Of a stretch of DNA of 64,000 bases, positions 47,729 through 57,078 are shown piece by piece (positions within the stretch are counted from its first letter, which is position 1; every line of letters begins with the position of its first letter). Under the pieces are notes generated by a model that saw nothing but the letters and a program-made list of their open reading frames with translations, had not been told where the DNA came from and ran no database searches. Source of the DNA: Thermoplasmata archaeon (GTDB taxonomy: Archaea; Thermoplasmatota; Thermoplasmata; UBA10834); contig JAWCKF010000001.1 of NCBI GenBank assembly GCA_038852315.1, positions 23,542-87,541 of the forward strand, in the 5' to 3' direction. A program made the position numbers and the translations under genes.

Positions 47729-47750
47729 GGCTCGCCGCGCGGCGAGCCCT
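47729..47750. terminator. perfect GC-rich inverted repeat (GGGCTCGCCG-cg-CGGCGAGCCC) 15 nt past the stop of the minus-strand synthase gene
   Basis: 10-bp palindromic arms. Sits in a 400-bp gene-free convergent intergenic region. Its role as a terminator is inferred. Confidence 0.3.
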
Positions 47751-47764
47751 CCAAACAGTTTCAG

Positions 47765-48967
47765 TCAACCGCTGTCTTCCTGGGGGGTCCCGTCGGAGCT
47801 CGCCCCGAGTATACGGGCCACGATTTCCCAGAACTCCTTGTCGCTTACTCTCCCGTGATCCTCTCCGGCCCTCTTTATCGCTCGGACTATCTCGCAAACC
47901 TGCTCTTCCGTGGCGAAGACCCTGCGCTCCGCGAGCTTGTTCTCCACCAGAGCCGTGCCGGAGTGCTTTCCAAGGACCAGCCTCCTGCGGTTGCCGACCT
48001 CCTCAGGGTTGACGCACTCGTATGTCATAGGACAGTTCAGGACAGCGGCCACGTGGATGCCGGATTCGTGCGAGAACGCATTCGCACCTATCCAGGGCTG
48101 GTTCGGAGGCACTTGCAGCTTCGCATAGGAGAACACCATCTTGCTGAGCTCTGTCAGCTCCTCCGTGCGCACCCCAAGATCCCTCTTGTAGAGGTGCTTG
48201 AGCGCCATCACGAACTGCTCGAGCGGCACATTCCCGGCCCTCTCCCCTATGCCACCGACCGTAGTCGCCACGGCCTCGACACCCTCAGATAACGCGGATA
48301 TCGAGTTCGCGAGCGCAAGTCCGAAATCGTTGTGAAGATGCGCAGAGAGCGGTGTGCTTGTCGCCTCCCTGACCTTCCTGACCAGATATGATATCGCTCC
48401 CGGGCCCGCGCATCCGAGCGTGTCGGTGATTCCGAGCCTGACGGCCTTCGATTCCTCCGCTGCACGGTAGATTCTCAGGAGGAATCCCATATCGGATCTC
48501 GTCGAATCCTCGGTGCTCAAACTCGCCCTCAGGCCAAGAGCACGCGCGTAGTCCAGGGACGAGATGACGCGGTCGAGGACGTGTTCGCGCGTCATCCTTA
48601 GCTTGTAGTTCATGTGCAGCTCGCTGGTGGCTATGAACAAGAGGACCATGTCCACATCGCAGTGAGCCGCCGCATCTATGTCCGACTGCAGAGTGCGGGC
48701 CAGACAGATGGTCTCCGGGCCGAGCCCGAGCGACGCTATCTTCTTGACCGTGCGGCGCTCTTCGTCCGAGACAGCTGGAAAGCCGGCTTCGATCTGATTA
48801 ACGCCGACCTCAGCTAGCTTGGTGGCGATTGAGACCTTCTGGTCCGGCGTGAACCGCACGCCGGGCATCTGCTCCCCGTCCCTCAAGGTCGTGTCATAGA
48901 TGACTATCTTCTCAGGTAGTCGGGGCATGACTGCCGCGTTGTAGGGGCTCACGGCAGAGAACTTCAT
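47765..48967 (-). CDS. 2-isopropylmalate synthase/homocitrate synthase family protein (LeuA/CimA/AksA-like; no C-terminal LeuA regulatory domain)
   Basis: IVIYDTTLRDGEQMPGVRFT is the HMGL-like TIM-barrel signature; HxH..LHNDFGLA. About 400 aa. Start taken at MKFSAVSPY (48967); the ORF extension to 49165 runs toward tRNA-Cys. Confidence 0.75.
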   Translation of the reverse strand: MKFSAVSPYNAAVMPRLPEKIVIYDTTLRDGEQMPGVRFTPDQKVSIATKLAEVGVNQIEAGFPAVSDEERRTVKKIASLGLGPETICLARTLQSDIDAAAHCDVDMVLLFIATSELHMNYKLRMTREHVLDRVISSLDYARALGLRASLSTEDSTRSDMGFLLRIYRAAEESKAVRLGITDTLGCAGPGAISYLVRKVREATSTPLSAHLHNDFGLALANSISALSEGVEAVATTVGGIGERAGNVPLEQFVMALKHLYKRDLGVRTEELTELSKMVFSYAKLQVPPNQPWIGANAFSHESGIHVAAVLNCPMTYECVNPEEVGNRRRLVLGKHSGTALVENKLAERRVFATEEQVCEIVRAIKRAGEDHGRVSDKEFWEIVARILGASSDGTPQEDSG

Positions 48968-49108
48968 CGACAAGCCATGGATTGGCCGGTATTTATCATG
49001 TTCTCGGAGTGCGCATGGGCTGATATCAGCGAGGATTCCGTGAGAGGGCGAGCCAACTGGAGCGCTGAAAACAATAAATACGGATACGGCCTTGTTTGCA
49101 TCGTCCGT

Positions 49109-49180
49109 GCCGAGGTGACAGAGTGGCTCATGTGGCGGACTGCAGATCCGCAGACGGGAGTTCAATTCTCCCCCTCGGCC
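49109..49180 (+). tRNA. tRNA-Cys (anticodon GCA)
   Basis: 72 nt. Acceptor GCCGAGG/CCTCGGC, anticodon stem GCGGA/TCCGC with loop CTGCAGA, T-arm GGGAG-TTCAATT-CTCCC. The D-stem is imperfect. An AT-rich element lies about 30 nt upstream. Confidence 0.7.
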
Positions 49181-49280
49181 CGCCCAGATGGATGCTGTTG
49201 TTCTGTAACATTTAAGGTCGAGACCTGGATATCCCGCCCATAACGGCGTTTAGCGACCCCGGCCGTTTCCGAGGAAACCG

Positions 49281-49661
49281 GTGCATAGCATGAAGACCCC
49301 GTGCGAACTCGTCGTAAGCAAGATAATGCCCTCTCTGCGCGCGAGCGTGGTCAAGGAGCTCTCGAACAGGTACCACATGAAGCAGGCGGACATCGCCAGG
49401 AAACTGGGTATCACCCAGGCCTCCGTTAGCCAGTACCTGAGTTCGACCAGGGCGGCTGGCACGAAGATGGTCGAGAGCTTCCCCAGGTTGAAGTCGTACG
49501 CCAGCGAGATAGCGAAGAGGATTGCTGCTGGCGAGGATAGGTACGAGTGGTCGACCATCCTCTGCAAGGCCTGCAAGGAGATACGCTCGGAGGAGGCGTT
49601 CTGCAGGTTGCACAGAGCCGAGGCGAACCTGGACGAGTGCGACATCTGTAAGAGGGTGTGA
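49281..49661 (+). CDS. HTH transcriptional regulator with a C-terminal Cys4 (CxxC...CxxC) metal or Fe-S binding motif
   Basis: HTH: MKQADIARKLGITQASVSQYL. C-terminus CKACKEIRSEEAFCRLHRAEANLDECDICKRV. Immediately upstream of cysK-cysE-cysS. Confidence 0.6.
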   Translation: MHSMKTPCELVVSKIMPSLRASVVKELSNRYHMKQADIARKLGITQASVSQYLSSTRAAGTKMVESFPRLKSYASEIAKRIAAGEDRYEWSTILCKACKEIRSEEAFCRLHRAEANLDECDICKRV

Positions 49662-49710
49662 GCCCCTTCACCTCCTCGATGCTGCCCAGGAGCTGGACGG
49701 GGGCGATTGT

Positions 49711-49720
49711 CTTATATAAC
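49711..49720 (+). promoter_or_regulatory. TATA box (CTTATATAAC) about 34 nt upstream of cysK
   Basis: Shares TATATAACGGC with the element at 17731. A GGGAGGG stretch lies 10 nt before the ATG. Confidence 0.5.
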
Positions 49721-49749
49721 GGCGTTATTCTGAGGGAGGGTCTGAGACC

Positions 49750-50682
49750 ATGCCTAGGCCGAAGGTTATGAACACAATACTGGACGCAGTCGGCAACACC
49801 CCCATGGTGAGGCTGAACAGGGTTGTGCCCGATGGGGCCGCGACGGTCTACGCGAAGCTGGAGTCGTTCAACCCCATGTGCTCGGTCAAGGACAGGATAG
49901 CGAAAGCTATGATCGAGGTCGCGGAGAGGAAGGGGAAGATCGGCAAGGATACGACCATCATCGAGCCGACCTCGGGCAACACTGGCATCGGGCTCGCGAT
50001 GGTGTGCGCGGTCAAGGGCTATAGACTCATCCTCACCATGCCCGAAACCATGAGCCTCGAGAGACGGCGTGTTATGAAGGCCTTGGGCGCGGAACTCGTG
50101 CTCACGCCCGGTTCTGAAGGCATGACCGGAGCAGTGAGAAAGGCCGAGGAGCTCGCCAATAGCATCCCAAACTCGTTCATGCCGCAACAGTTCAAGAACA
50201 AGGCGAACCCATGGATCCACCGGAAGACGACCGCGAAGGAGATACTGCGCGCAATCGACGGGATCGATGCGTTCGTGGCCGGCGTTGGCACCGGCGGGAC
50301 AATCACTGGCGTAGGTCAGGTCCTTCGCCGGAAGTATCCTCAGATCAAGATATTCGCTGTCGAGCCCGAGGATTCGCCAGTCCTCTCGGGAGGCAAGCCG
50401 GGGCCGCACAAGATCCAGGGCATAGGCGCGGGGTTCGTGCCCGATGTGCTCGACACGAGAATATACAGCGCCGTCATCAGAGTCGCGACGAAGGATGCGA
50501 TGGAGACCTCAAGGCAACTGGCTAGGCTTGAGGGGCTTCTCGTTGGCATCTCGTCGGGCGCGGCGGCCTGGGCGGCGATAGAGGTCGCGAAGGACCTGGG
50601 CTCGGGGAAGACGGTCGTGACCGTGCTGCCAGACATTGGAGAAAGATATTTGAGCACTGACCTGTTTGCAGAAGGTTCATAA
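49750..50682 (+). CDS. cysK: cysteine synthase (O-acetylserine sulfhydrylase)
   Basis: [16 protein letters not shown]...[28 protein letters not shown] is canonical CysK including the PLP Lys. Confidence 0.9.
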   Translation: MPRPKVMNTILDAVGNTPMVRLNRVVPDGAATVYAKLESFNPMCSVKDRIAKAMIEVAERKGKIGKDTTIIEPTSGNTGIGLAMVCAVKGYRLILTMPETMSLERRRVMKALGAELVLTPGSEGMTGAVRKAEELANSIPNSFMPQQFKNKANPWIHRKTTAKEILRAIDGIDAFVAGVGTGGTITGVGQVLRRKYPQIKIFAVEPEDSPVLSGGKPGPHKIQGIGAGFVPDVLDTRIYSAVIRVATKDAMETSRQLARLEGLLVGISSGAAAWAAIEVAKDLGSGKTVVTVLPDIGERYLSTDLFAEGS

Positions 50683-51404
50683 TGCCGCCAGAGGAAAAGG
50701 ACGATGTGGACATAGTTCTGGAGCGCGATCCGGCGCCAAAGAGCAGAGCGGAGGCGCTGCTGTTCAGCCCGGGATTGCACGCGATAAAGCTCCACAGGAT
50801 AGCGCACAGGCTGTACCTCAAGGGACGCTTCAAGACCGCGAGGGCGATCAACTACGTGTCGCGTATACTCACGGGTGCGGACATCCATCCTGGCGCGAAG
50901 ATAGGCCGGAACTTCTTCATCGACCATGCGACTGGCGTGGTCATCGGCGAGACAGCAGAGATCGGAGACAATGTCTCGATATACCAAGGCGTGACCCTCG
51001 GAGGCGTGAGCACGGAGAAGAAGAAGCGCCACCCGACGATAGGCAACAATGTCGTCATAGGCGCTGGCGCCACAATCCTAGGGCCCGTTACCATCGGAGA
51101 CAACGTGCGCGTGGGCGCTGGCTCTGTCGTAGTGAAGTCGGTCCCTCCAAACTCGACCGTCGTCGGCGTCCCCGCGAAGATAGTTGCGAGGGACGGATCG
51201 ACAAAGATCGACCTACACCACGAGGAACTCCCGGACCCCGTGGTGAACGCGTTCATAGACATGTGCCACAGCCTGTCCGAGATGGAGTACCGCATGGAGC
51301 AGATCGAGAAGAAGCTCGGGATCGAGCACAAGAAGATCGCACTGCCCACGCCGATCAAGAACAGGTCTTCTGAAGTCGCCTGTCCAGCGGAGGACAAGCA
51401 TTAA
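50682..51404 (+). CDS. cysE: serine O-acetyltransferase
   Basis: LbH hexapeptide repeats ([42 protein letters not shown]) and an SATase N-terminal domain. ATG overlaps the cysK stop (TAATG). Confidence 0.85.
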   Translation: MPPEEKDDVDIVLERDPAPKSRAEALLFSPGLHAIKLHRIAHRLYLKGRFKTARAINYVSRILTGADIHPGAKIGRNFFIDHATGVVIGETAEIGDNVSIYQGVTLGGVSTEKKKRHPTIGNNVVIGAGATILGPVTIGDNVRVGAGSVVVKSVPPNSTVVGVPAKIVARDGSTKIDLHHEELPDPVVNAFIDMCHSLSEMEYRMEQIEKKLGIEHKKIALPTPIKNRSSEVACPAEDKH

Positions 51405-51435
51405 GCCCACGCCGGCGTTTGGAGGGGCGGATTCA

Positions 51436-52890
51436 ATGGCTATAGTCATCTACAACACGCTGACCAGGAGGAAGGAGACCTTCGTGCCCCTTCACGGACG
51501 CAAGGTCGGCATGTACGTGTGCGGAGTGACAGTCTACGACAGGAGCCATCTTGGACACGCGCGCTCGGCCATCAACTTCGATGTCATCGTCAGGTGGCTG
51601 AGGTACAGAGGATATGAGGTCAACCACGTCACCAACTTCACGGACGTTGACGACAAGGCGATAGCGAGGGCACAGGAGCTCGGCATCGGCACCCTCGAGC
51701 TCACGGAGAGGATGATAGCTGAGTACTTCCGTGACATGGACGCCTTGAAGGTGAGGAGGGCGACCGTCTACCCGAAGGCCAGCGAGACAGTGCCCGAGAT
51801 AATCGCCATGGTCAAGGGCCTCATTGACAGGGGGTACGCGTACGAGTCCCGTGGCTCCGTCTATTTCAGCGTGAGGAAGGCGAAGGAGTATGGCAAGTTG
51901 TCGCACCAGACCCTCGACCAGATGGAGGCTGGGGCGAGAATCGAGCCTGGTGAGGACAAACGCGACCCGATGGACTTCGCGCTCTGGAAGGCGGCGAAGC
52001 CGGGTGAGATCAGCTGGGACAGCCCGTGGGGGAAAGGCAGGCCCGGATGGCATATCGAATGCTCTGCCATGTGCCTGAAGCACATAGGCAAGACGGTGGA
52101 CATTCATGGCGGGGGTACTGACCTGATCTTCCCCCACCACGAGAACGAGATACTCCAGTCGGAGGCCTACAATGATGCGCCGTTCGTTCGATATTGGATG
52201 CACAACGGCATGCTGACCATCGACCAGGAGAAGATGTCGAAGTCTCTGAAGAACTACTTCTCGATCGCGGACGTCCTGAGGGTGTACCCCGCGGAGGTCG
52301 TACGGTTCTATCTCTTGAACGCCAGCTACAGGGCGCCGCTGGAGTACAACGAGAATACGCTCGGCGAGGCCGCCAAGGCGCTAGAGAGGCTCCAGAACGC
52401 ATACGACAACATGAGGGCCGCGATGAGGAGCGCGTGCGGCGTGGACGATGCATCAGGCCTTTGCGCGAACGCTTGGAGCAGGTTCGAGCAGCACATGGAC
52501 GACGATTTCAGCACGCGCGATGCGATAGCGGTCATCTTCGACCTGGCGAGGGAGGCGAACAAGATGCTGACCGACGGGCGGCTCAGCGCGAAGGGCGCTG
52601 CGAACGTCGTGGGGGTCATGTCCAGGTTCAACGAGATATTCGACGTGCTGAGGGAAGAGGGCACGAAGATGCTCGCGACCGGGCTGGATGCCGATATCGA
52701 GCTGGTGAGTCCGGCTTCGATGCCCCAGGGAGGGCTGAGCGACGAAGAGGTAGAACTCTGGTTGAGGAGGAGAGAGGTCGCTAGGAGGCGGAAGGACTTC
52801 GCATACGCGGATGCCGTCCGCCAGAAGCTTGCGGAGAGAGGCATCGAGATCCGAGATTCGAAAGATGGTGCCACATGGAAGCGAAAGTGA
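51436..52890 (+). CDS. cysS: cysteinyl-tRNA synthetase
   Basis: YVCGVTVYDRSHLGHARS contains HIGH (HLGH). KMSKS is present (KMSKSLKN). 484 aa. Confidence 0.9.
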   Translation: MAIVIYNTLTRRKETFVPLHGRKVGMYVCGVTVYDRSHLGHARSAINFDVIVRWLRYRGYEVNHVTNFTDVDDKAIARAQELGIGTLELTERMIAEYFRDMDALKVRRATVYPKASETVPEIIAMVKGLIDRGYAYESRGSVYFSVRKAKEYGKLSHQTLDQMEAGARIEPGEDKRDPMDFALWKAAKPGEISWDSPWGKGRPGWHIECSAMCLKHIGKTVDIHGGGTDLIFPHHENEILQSEAYNDAPFVRYWMHNGMLTIDQEKMSKSLKNYFSIADVLRVYPAEVVRFYLLNASYRAPLEYNENTLGEAAKALERLQNAYDNMRAAMRSACGVDDASGLCANAWSRFEQHMDDDFSTRDAIAVIFDLAREANKMLTDGRLSAKGAANVVGVMSRFNEIFDVLREEGTKMLATGLDADIELVSPASMPQGGLSDEEVELWLRRREVARRRKDFAYADAVRQKLAERGIEIRDSKDGATWKRK

Positions 52891-53915
52891 ACGCCGAGAA
52901 CGCCCGAAGAAAGGCGGAGTTGATCGTGGGCGGTCCGGTGAGGATACCGAAGGACTTCCGGCTGCCCTTCCTCCCGAGCAGGTCGACCGCAGGCCCCGGC
53001 GCGGGGCTTGCTTCCGTGGTGTTCGCCTTCGGCAACACCAGGGTGAAGAAGCCCATATCCAGGACCGAGGGCGACTTCGAGCTGGTCGAGAAGGCCGGCA
53101 CCCTCCAGATAGTGCGACGCGGCGCGGTCTTCGTGGAGGAGGTCGAGATTCTGCCTACGCTGCTTCACGCCCCCCACCAGGCGTTCATCAACATCGACCA
53201 CGCGTGCGTGTACGACTGCAAGTTCTGCAGCTCCCCGCGACTGGGCCGCGAGGTCACCAAGAACCTCACAGATGACAAGGTAGTGGAGATGATAGCCGAG
53301 GCCTCGAGGAACGAAGACTTCGAAGCTGTCGCGTTCACCAGCGCTGTTACGCAGTCACCAGAGATTACCGTAGAGAGGATGGTGAGACTGGTTAGACGCG
53401 TCAGGCAGATGCTGCCCGACACACCGATAGGCGTGGAGCCATATGCCGTGCACCCCAGACAGATAGACGAGCTCAGGGAAGCCGGGGCGGATGAGATCAA
53501 GCTGAACATAGAGTCGTTCAATCCAGATATCTTCGAGAAGGTCTGCCCTGATAGAGACTATGCGGCCATACTCCATTCAATAAACCACGCGTGTAAGGTG
53601 TTCGGCAAGAACAGGGTCTGCTCGAACATCATTCTGGGCCTCGGGGAGAGCGATGACGACGTCATTGAGGGTACGAAGGTGCTTGCGAACATGGGTTGCG
53701 TGGCGACCCTGAGGGCGCTCCGCAAGAGCGAATACAACGCTGCCGAGCTGGAGAGGGCGCTGGGCCCTCTGACTCCGCTCACGGCTGACAGAGTACTTTC
53801 GCTGGCACGGGCTCAGAAGGATGTACTAGCGAGCTATGGGCTGACTCCCCTCAAGTTCAGGACCATGTGCCATGCATGCCTTGCGTGCGACATCGTGCCC
53901 TTCTGGGATGTGTGA
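52875..53915 (+). CDS. radical SAM domain protein (unassigned subfamily), translationally coupled to cysS
   Basis: CVYDCKFC is the CxxxCxxC motif after a 110-aa N-terminal domain. C-terminal Cys cluster MCHACLACD. Overlaps the cysS 3' end by 16 nt. Confidence 0.7.
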   Translation: MEAKVNAENARRKAELIVGGPVRIPKDFRLPFLPSRSTAGPGAGLASVVFAFGNTRVKKPISRTEGDFELVEKAGTLQIVRRGAVFVEEVEILPTLLHAPHQAFINIDHACVYDCKFCSSPRLGREVTKNLTDDKVVEMIAEASRNEDFEAVAFTSAVTQSPEITVERMVRLVRRVRQMLPDTPIGVEPYAVHPRQIDELREAGADEIKLNIESFNPDIFEKVCPDRDYAAILHSINHACKVFGKNRVCSNIILGLGESDDDVIEGTKVLANMGCVATLRALRKSEYNAAELERALGPLTPLTADRVLSLARAQKDVLASYGLTPLKFRTMCHACLACDIVPFWDV

Positions 53916-53917
53916 GC

Positions 53918-55585
53918 TCAGGTGTGAGTGAACACGCATCTCACAGAGGGAGAGACGCTCTCGACCCTGACGTATGCGAACCTCTCCAGCTGGACCACTT
54001 TGCCCAGGGCTCGCTTGATCATCGGCTCCGCGAGCCCCTTTCTGACAGAGCCGTCCGTCATCAGGATCTCGGCATCGAGCGAGTTCGTGGGGACCCAGTG
54101 GACTATCTGCACCCCCTCTTTCAGGATGGACAAGTCGTTCCCTGCGTACCTGGCCCTGGTGCCTTCCAGCTCGATGTTGCAGAGGTCCTTCAGCCTCAGC
54201 CGCCTAGGACGCCGCTCCAGATCTGAGCTGCACACGAACACCTCGGGCTCGGGGCCCACTCTCAGCTCCCTTACGCCCCTCTCGGGATGCTCAGGATGAA
54301 CGGGCGCGCGCGCCACGAGCTCTGGCGCCCCCTCTATCCTGAGCTTCACCGGATCCCAGACGAAGAAGTACCTGTCTGCGGTGTCGTCTATCAGCTCCCG
54401 GTTGAACGAGTACAGGGTCTTCCAGGAGAAGGCGATGTCGACCTCCTTGATGCCCGTCTCGACCCAATACCGCCTGATGGCCTCGGGACGTATGCCTCGC
54501 CTCCTGAGGGCTTGGAGCGTTCCCAGCCGTGGGTCATCCCAGCCCGAGTACTGCCCATCCCGTATCCCCTTTGCCGTTGCGGACTTCTTCAGCTGGGCCT
54601 CCTCTATTGAAACCCTGCCGTAGTGTATGAACACGGGCATCTTCCATCCCATGTATCGGTAGATGTACTCCTGCCTGTAGGTGTTGTTGAGGTGGTCCTT
54701 CCCTCTGAGGACGTGTGTCAGGTTCAACATGTAGTCATCTACCGCGACGGCCAGGTTCATGAGCGGGTAGACGCGGTACCTAGTACCCGTGCGCGGATGG
54801 GGCGTGTCGTCAATCCTCAGGCCGACGAAGTCTCGTATAGCTGGGTTCGGGTGCTCCAGGTCTGTCTTGATGACCAGCGAGGCCTCCTCCGGTCCGTAGG
54901 TGCCGTCGAACATTCGGTCCCAGCGCGAGAGCTGCTCTGAAAGCGGCTGCTCCCTGTGAGGGCACGCAACCTTGCGGTTCTTTAGCTCGCGCCAGGTATC
55001 GGGCCTACACTCGCACACATAGGCCTTGCCCATCTCCAGCAGTCTCCTCGCGACGTCGTAGTAGAGTTCGAACCTGTCGCTCTGGATTATGGTCTCGTGA
55101 ACCTTCACGCCCAGCCATTCGAGGTCTTGCGGGATCGTCTCATAGCCGGTCGGATCGACCCTCGCGGGGTCCGTGTCCTCGAACCTGTTGATGCACCGCC
55201 CCCCATACCGCTTGACGTACTCATCGTTCAGGATCGCCATCCGGCTGTGCCCCAGGTGAAGCGGACCGGAGGGGTTGGGCGCGAGACGCATCCTGACCTC
55301 GCCCGTAACCCCGGGAAGGTCTGGAAGGCCGACCTCGCGTGTCTTCGACACCCTCTGGAGCAGCTCTGGAGCCAGTTCTTCGAGCGCCCTCCTCTGAGCC
55401 TCTCGGGACATCTTGTTGACTTCCTCGACTATGCCTTTGGCAACCGAGGAGATCTCCTTGGCGCGCTGCCTCAGCTCTGGGTTTTCGGCCATGACCTTTC
55501 CCAGCACCGCCCCGACGGAAGCCTTTCCCGAGAACTGCGCTGCGTTCTGGAGCGCATATTTCCTGATGATCGACTCGACATCCAC
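53918..55585 (-). CDS. gltX: glutamyl-tRNA synthetase, archaeal type
   Basis: IIRKYALQNAAQFSGKASVGAVLGKVM..RLAPNPSGPLHLGHSRMAIL matches the archaeal GluRS N-terminus with HIGH-like HLGH. The proposed start is the GTG at 55585, exactly 27 nt downstream of TTTTTATA. The ORF-track extension to 56290 reads through the promoter and the ubiD 5' region. Confidence 0.8.
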   Translation of the reverse strand: MDVESIIRKYALQNAAQFSGKASVGAVLGKVMAENPELRQRAKEISSVAKGIVEEVNKMSREAQRRALEELAPELLQRVSKTREVGLPDLPGVTGEVRMRLAPNPSGPLHLGHSRMAILNDEYVKRYGGRCINRFEDTDPARVDPTGYETIPQDLEWLGVKVHETIIQSDRFELYYDVARRLLEMGKAYVCECRPDTWRELKNRKVACPHREQPLSEQLSRWDRMFDGTYGPEEASLVIKTDLEHPNPAIRDFVGLRIDDTPHPRTGTRYRVYPLMNLAVAVDDYMLNLTHVLRGKDHLNNTYRQEYIYRYMGWKMPVFIHYGRVSIEEAQLKKSATAKGIRDGQYSGWDDPRLGTLQALRRRGIRPEAIRRYWVETGIKEVDIAFSWKTLYSFNRELIDDTADRYFFVWDPVKLRIEGAPELVARAPVHPEHPERGVRELRVGPEPEVFVCSSDLERRPRRLRLKDLCNIELEGTRARYAGNDLSILKEGVQIVHWVPTNSLDAEILMTDGSVRKGLAEPMIKRALGKVVQLERFAYVRVESVSPSVRCVFTHT

Positions 55586-55608
55586 GGCCGACTCGATTGG
55601 CGCGAGCG

Positions 55609-55616
55609 TATAAAAA
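55609..55616. promoter_or_regulatory. shared divergent TATA element (TTTTTATA on minus, TATAAAAA on plus) between gltX and the ubiD-family gene
   Basis: Only AT-rich octamer in the 90-bp divergent spacer. Sits at -27 relative to the gltX GTG. Confidence 0.55.
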
Positions 55617-55675
55617 GGGTTGTGAGCAGCGCGTAGCCAGGACTGGGAAGAAAGGTTAGAAATACGCTCTGGTTG

Positions 55676-56962
55676 ATGCTCTGGCGGGGTGCATCGTTGT
55701 CTGTCAGGTCGTTCCTGGACAGGTTCAAGGAAACCATCGTCGTGAAGGGCCACATAAGCAGGGAGCTTGAGCTCACGCGCATACTGCACAAGGAGAGGAC
55801 GAGGCCCGTGCTCTTCGAGAACCTGGATGGATACAGGGCGGTCGGCAACCTGTGGTCTACCAGGGAGAGGATCGCCGATGCGATGGGCGTGCAGCCCGCT
55901 GAACTCACGCGACTCATGATGCAGGCCATGGACGCTCCCTCCGCCCCCCAGGAGATCGACAACGCACCGTTCGACAAGAACACACTGACGGACTTCGACC
56001 TTCGCGAGTCGGCCATCCCGAAGTTCTACAGCAGTGACGGCGGGAGGTACGTGACCGCAGGTGTGGTGATCGCGGAGCACGACGGTATAAGGAACATGTC
56101 TTTCCACAGGCTGATGCTCTTGGGAGAGAACAGGTTTGCCATCAGACTCGTGCCGAGGCACCTCTATGCGCTTCACCAGCGGGCCATGGACAAGGGCGAG
56201 GACCTCAAGATAGCGGTTGCCATCGGGCTGTGCCCCTCGGTGTTGCTCCCTGCCGCGATGAATCTCGAGTTCGGCAAGGACGAGCTTCATGTTGCGAACT
56301 CTCTCAGGCAGCTCTGCCTAAGGGAGCCCGTGTACGTCCGGAGGATAAGGAACGGCCTGTTGGTCCCGGCCTTCGCCGAGTATGTATTCGAGGGCAGGAT
56401 CACGCGTGAGACAGCGGACGAGGGACCGTTCGTCGACATCACCGGCACCGTCGATCCCGTGAGGAAGCAACCGGTCGTGGAGATCGACAGGATATACCAT
56501 CGGGACGATGCGATCTTCCACCTGATACTCCCGGGGGCGAACGAGCACTACCTTATGATGGGCATGCCCCGCGAACCGGTGATCCAGAAGGCGGTCGGGC
56601 TCGCAGTTCCCGAGGTTCACGCCGTTCGCCTCACCGAGGGCGGATGCTGCTGGCTGCACGGCGTCGTTTCCATAACGAAGCAGAGGGAAGGCGATGCCGT
56701 GAACGCCATCATGGCTGCTCTGGGTTCCCACCCATCGATGAAGATGGTGACGATAGTGGACCGTGACATCGACATCTTCGACGACCGCGAGGTCGAGTGG
56801 GCAGTCGCGACTCGGTTCCAGGGCCACAGAGGCCTCGTGGTCGTAGAGAACGCTCGAGGAAGCAGTCTAGACCCCAGCGCCGACGAAACCACTACGAAGG
56901 TGGGCATAGATGCGACCAAACCGGTCGGCGCGAAGGGATTCGACAGGGTTCTACCCTCCTGA
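55676..56962 (+). CDS. UbiD-family (prFMN-dependent) decarboxylase
   Basis: 429 aa with typical UbiD N-terminus (..SFLDRFKETIVVKGHISRELELTRIL) and core. Start ambiguous among TTG 55673, ATG 55676 and TTG 55697. Confidence 0.75.
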   Translation: MLWRGASLSVRSFLDRFKETIVVKGHISRELELTRILHKERTRPVLFENLDGYRAVGNLWSTRERIADAMGVQPAELTRLMMQAMDAPSAPQEIDNAPFDKNTLTDFDLRESAIPKFYSSDGGRYVTAGVVIAEHDGIRNMSFHRLMLLGENRFAIRLVPRHLYALHQRAMDKGEDLKIAVAIGLCPSVLLPAAMNLEFGKDELHVANSLRQLCLREPVYVRRIRNGLLVPAFAEYVFEGRITRETADEGPFVDITGTVDPVRKQPVVEIDRIYHRDDAIFHLILPGANEHYLMMGMPREPVIQKAVGLAVPEVHAVRLTEGGCCWLHGVVSITKQREGDAVNAIMAALGSHPSMKMVTIVDRDIDIFDDREVEWAVATRFQGHRGLVVVENARGSSLDPSADETTTKVGIDATKPVGAKGFDRVLPS

Positions 56963-57078
56963 TCGAGAGGGGCCCAGCATTCCACGCACAGAGGCACCTG
57001 GCTTCATAGAGGCTGCTGTTGCGAAATCATCATAGAAGGGCATATGTATCATGGTTCGACGGCTCCGGGGGCTAGGCT

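Noticed and set aside
55586-56290. 5' extension of the gltX ORF (235 codons) called in the ORF track
   Set aside because: The extension has no GluRS homology, runs through the TATA box at 55609-55616 and overlaps the ubiD-family gene on the other strand. The GTG at 55585 is correctly spaced from the TATA.
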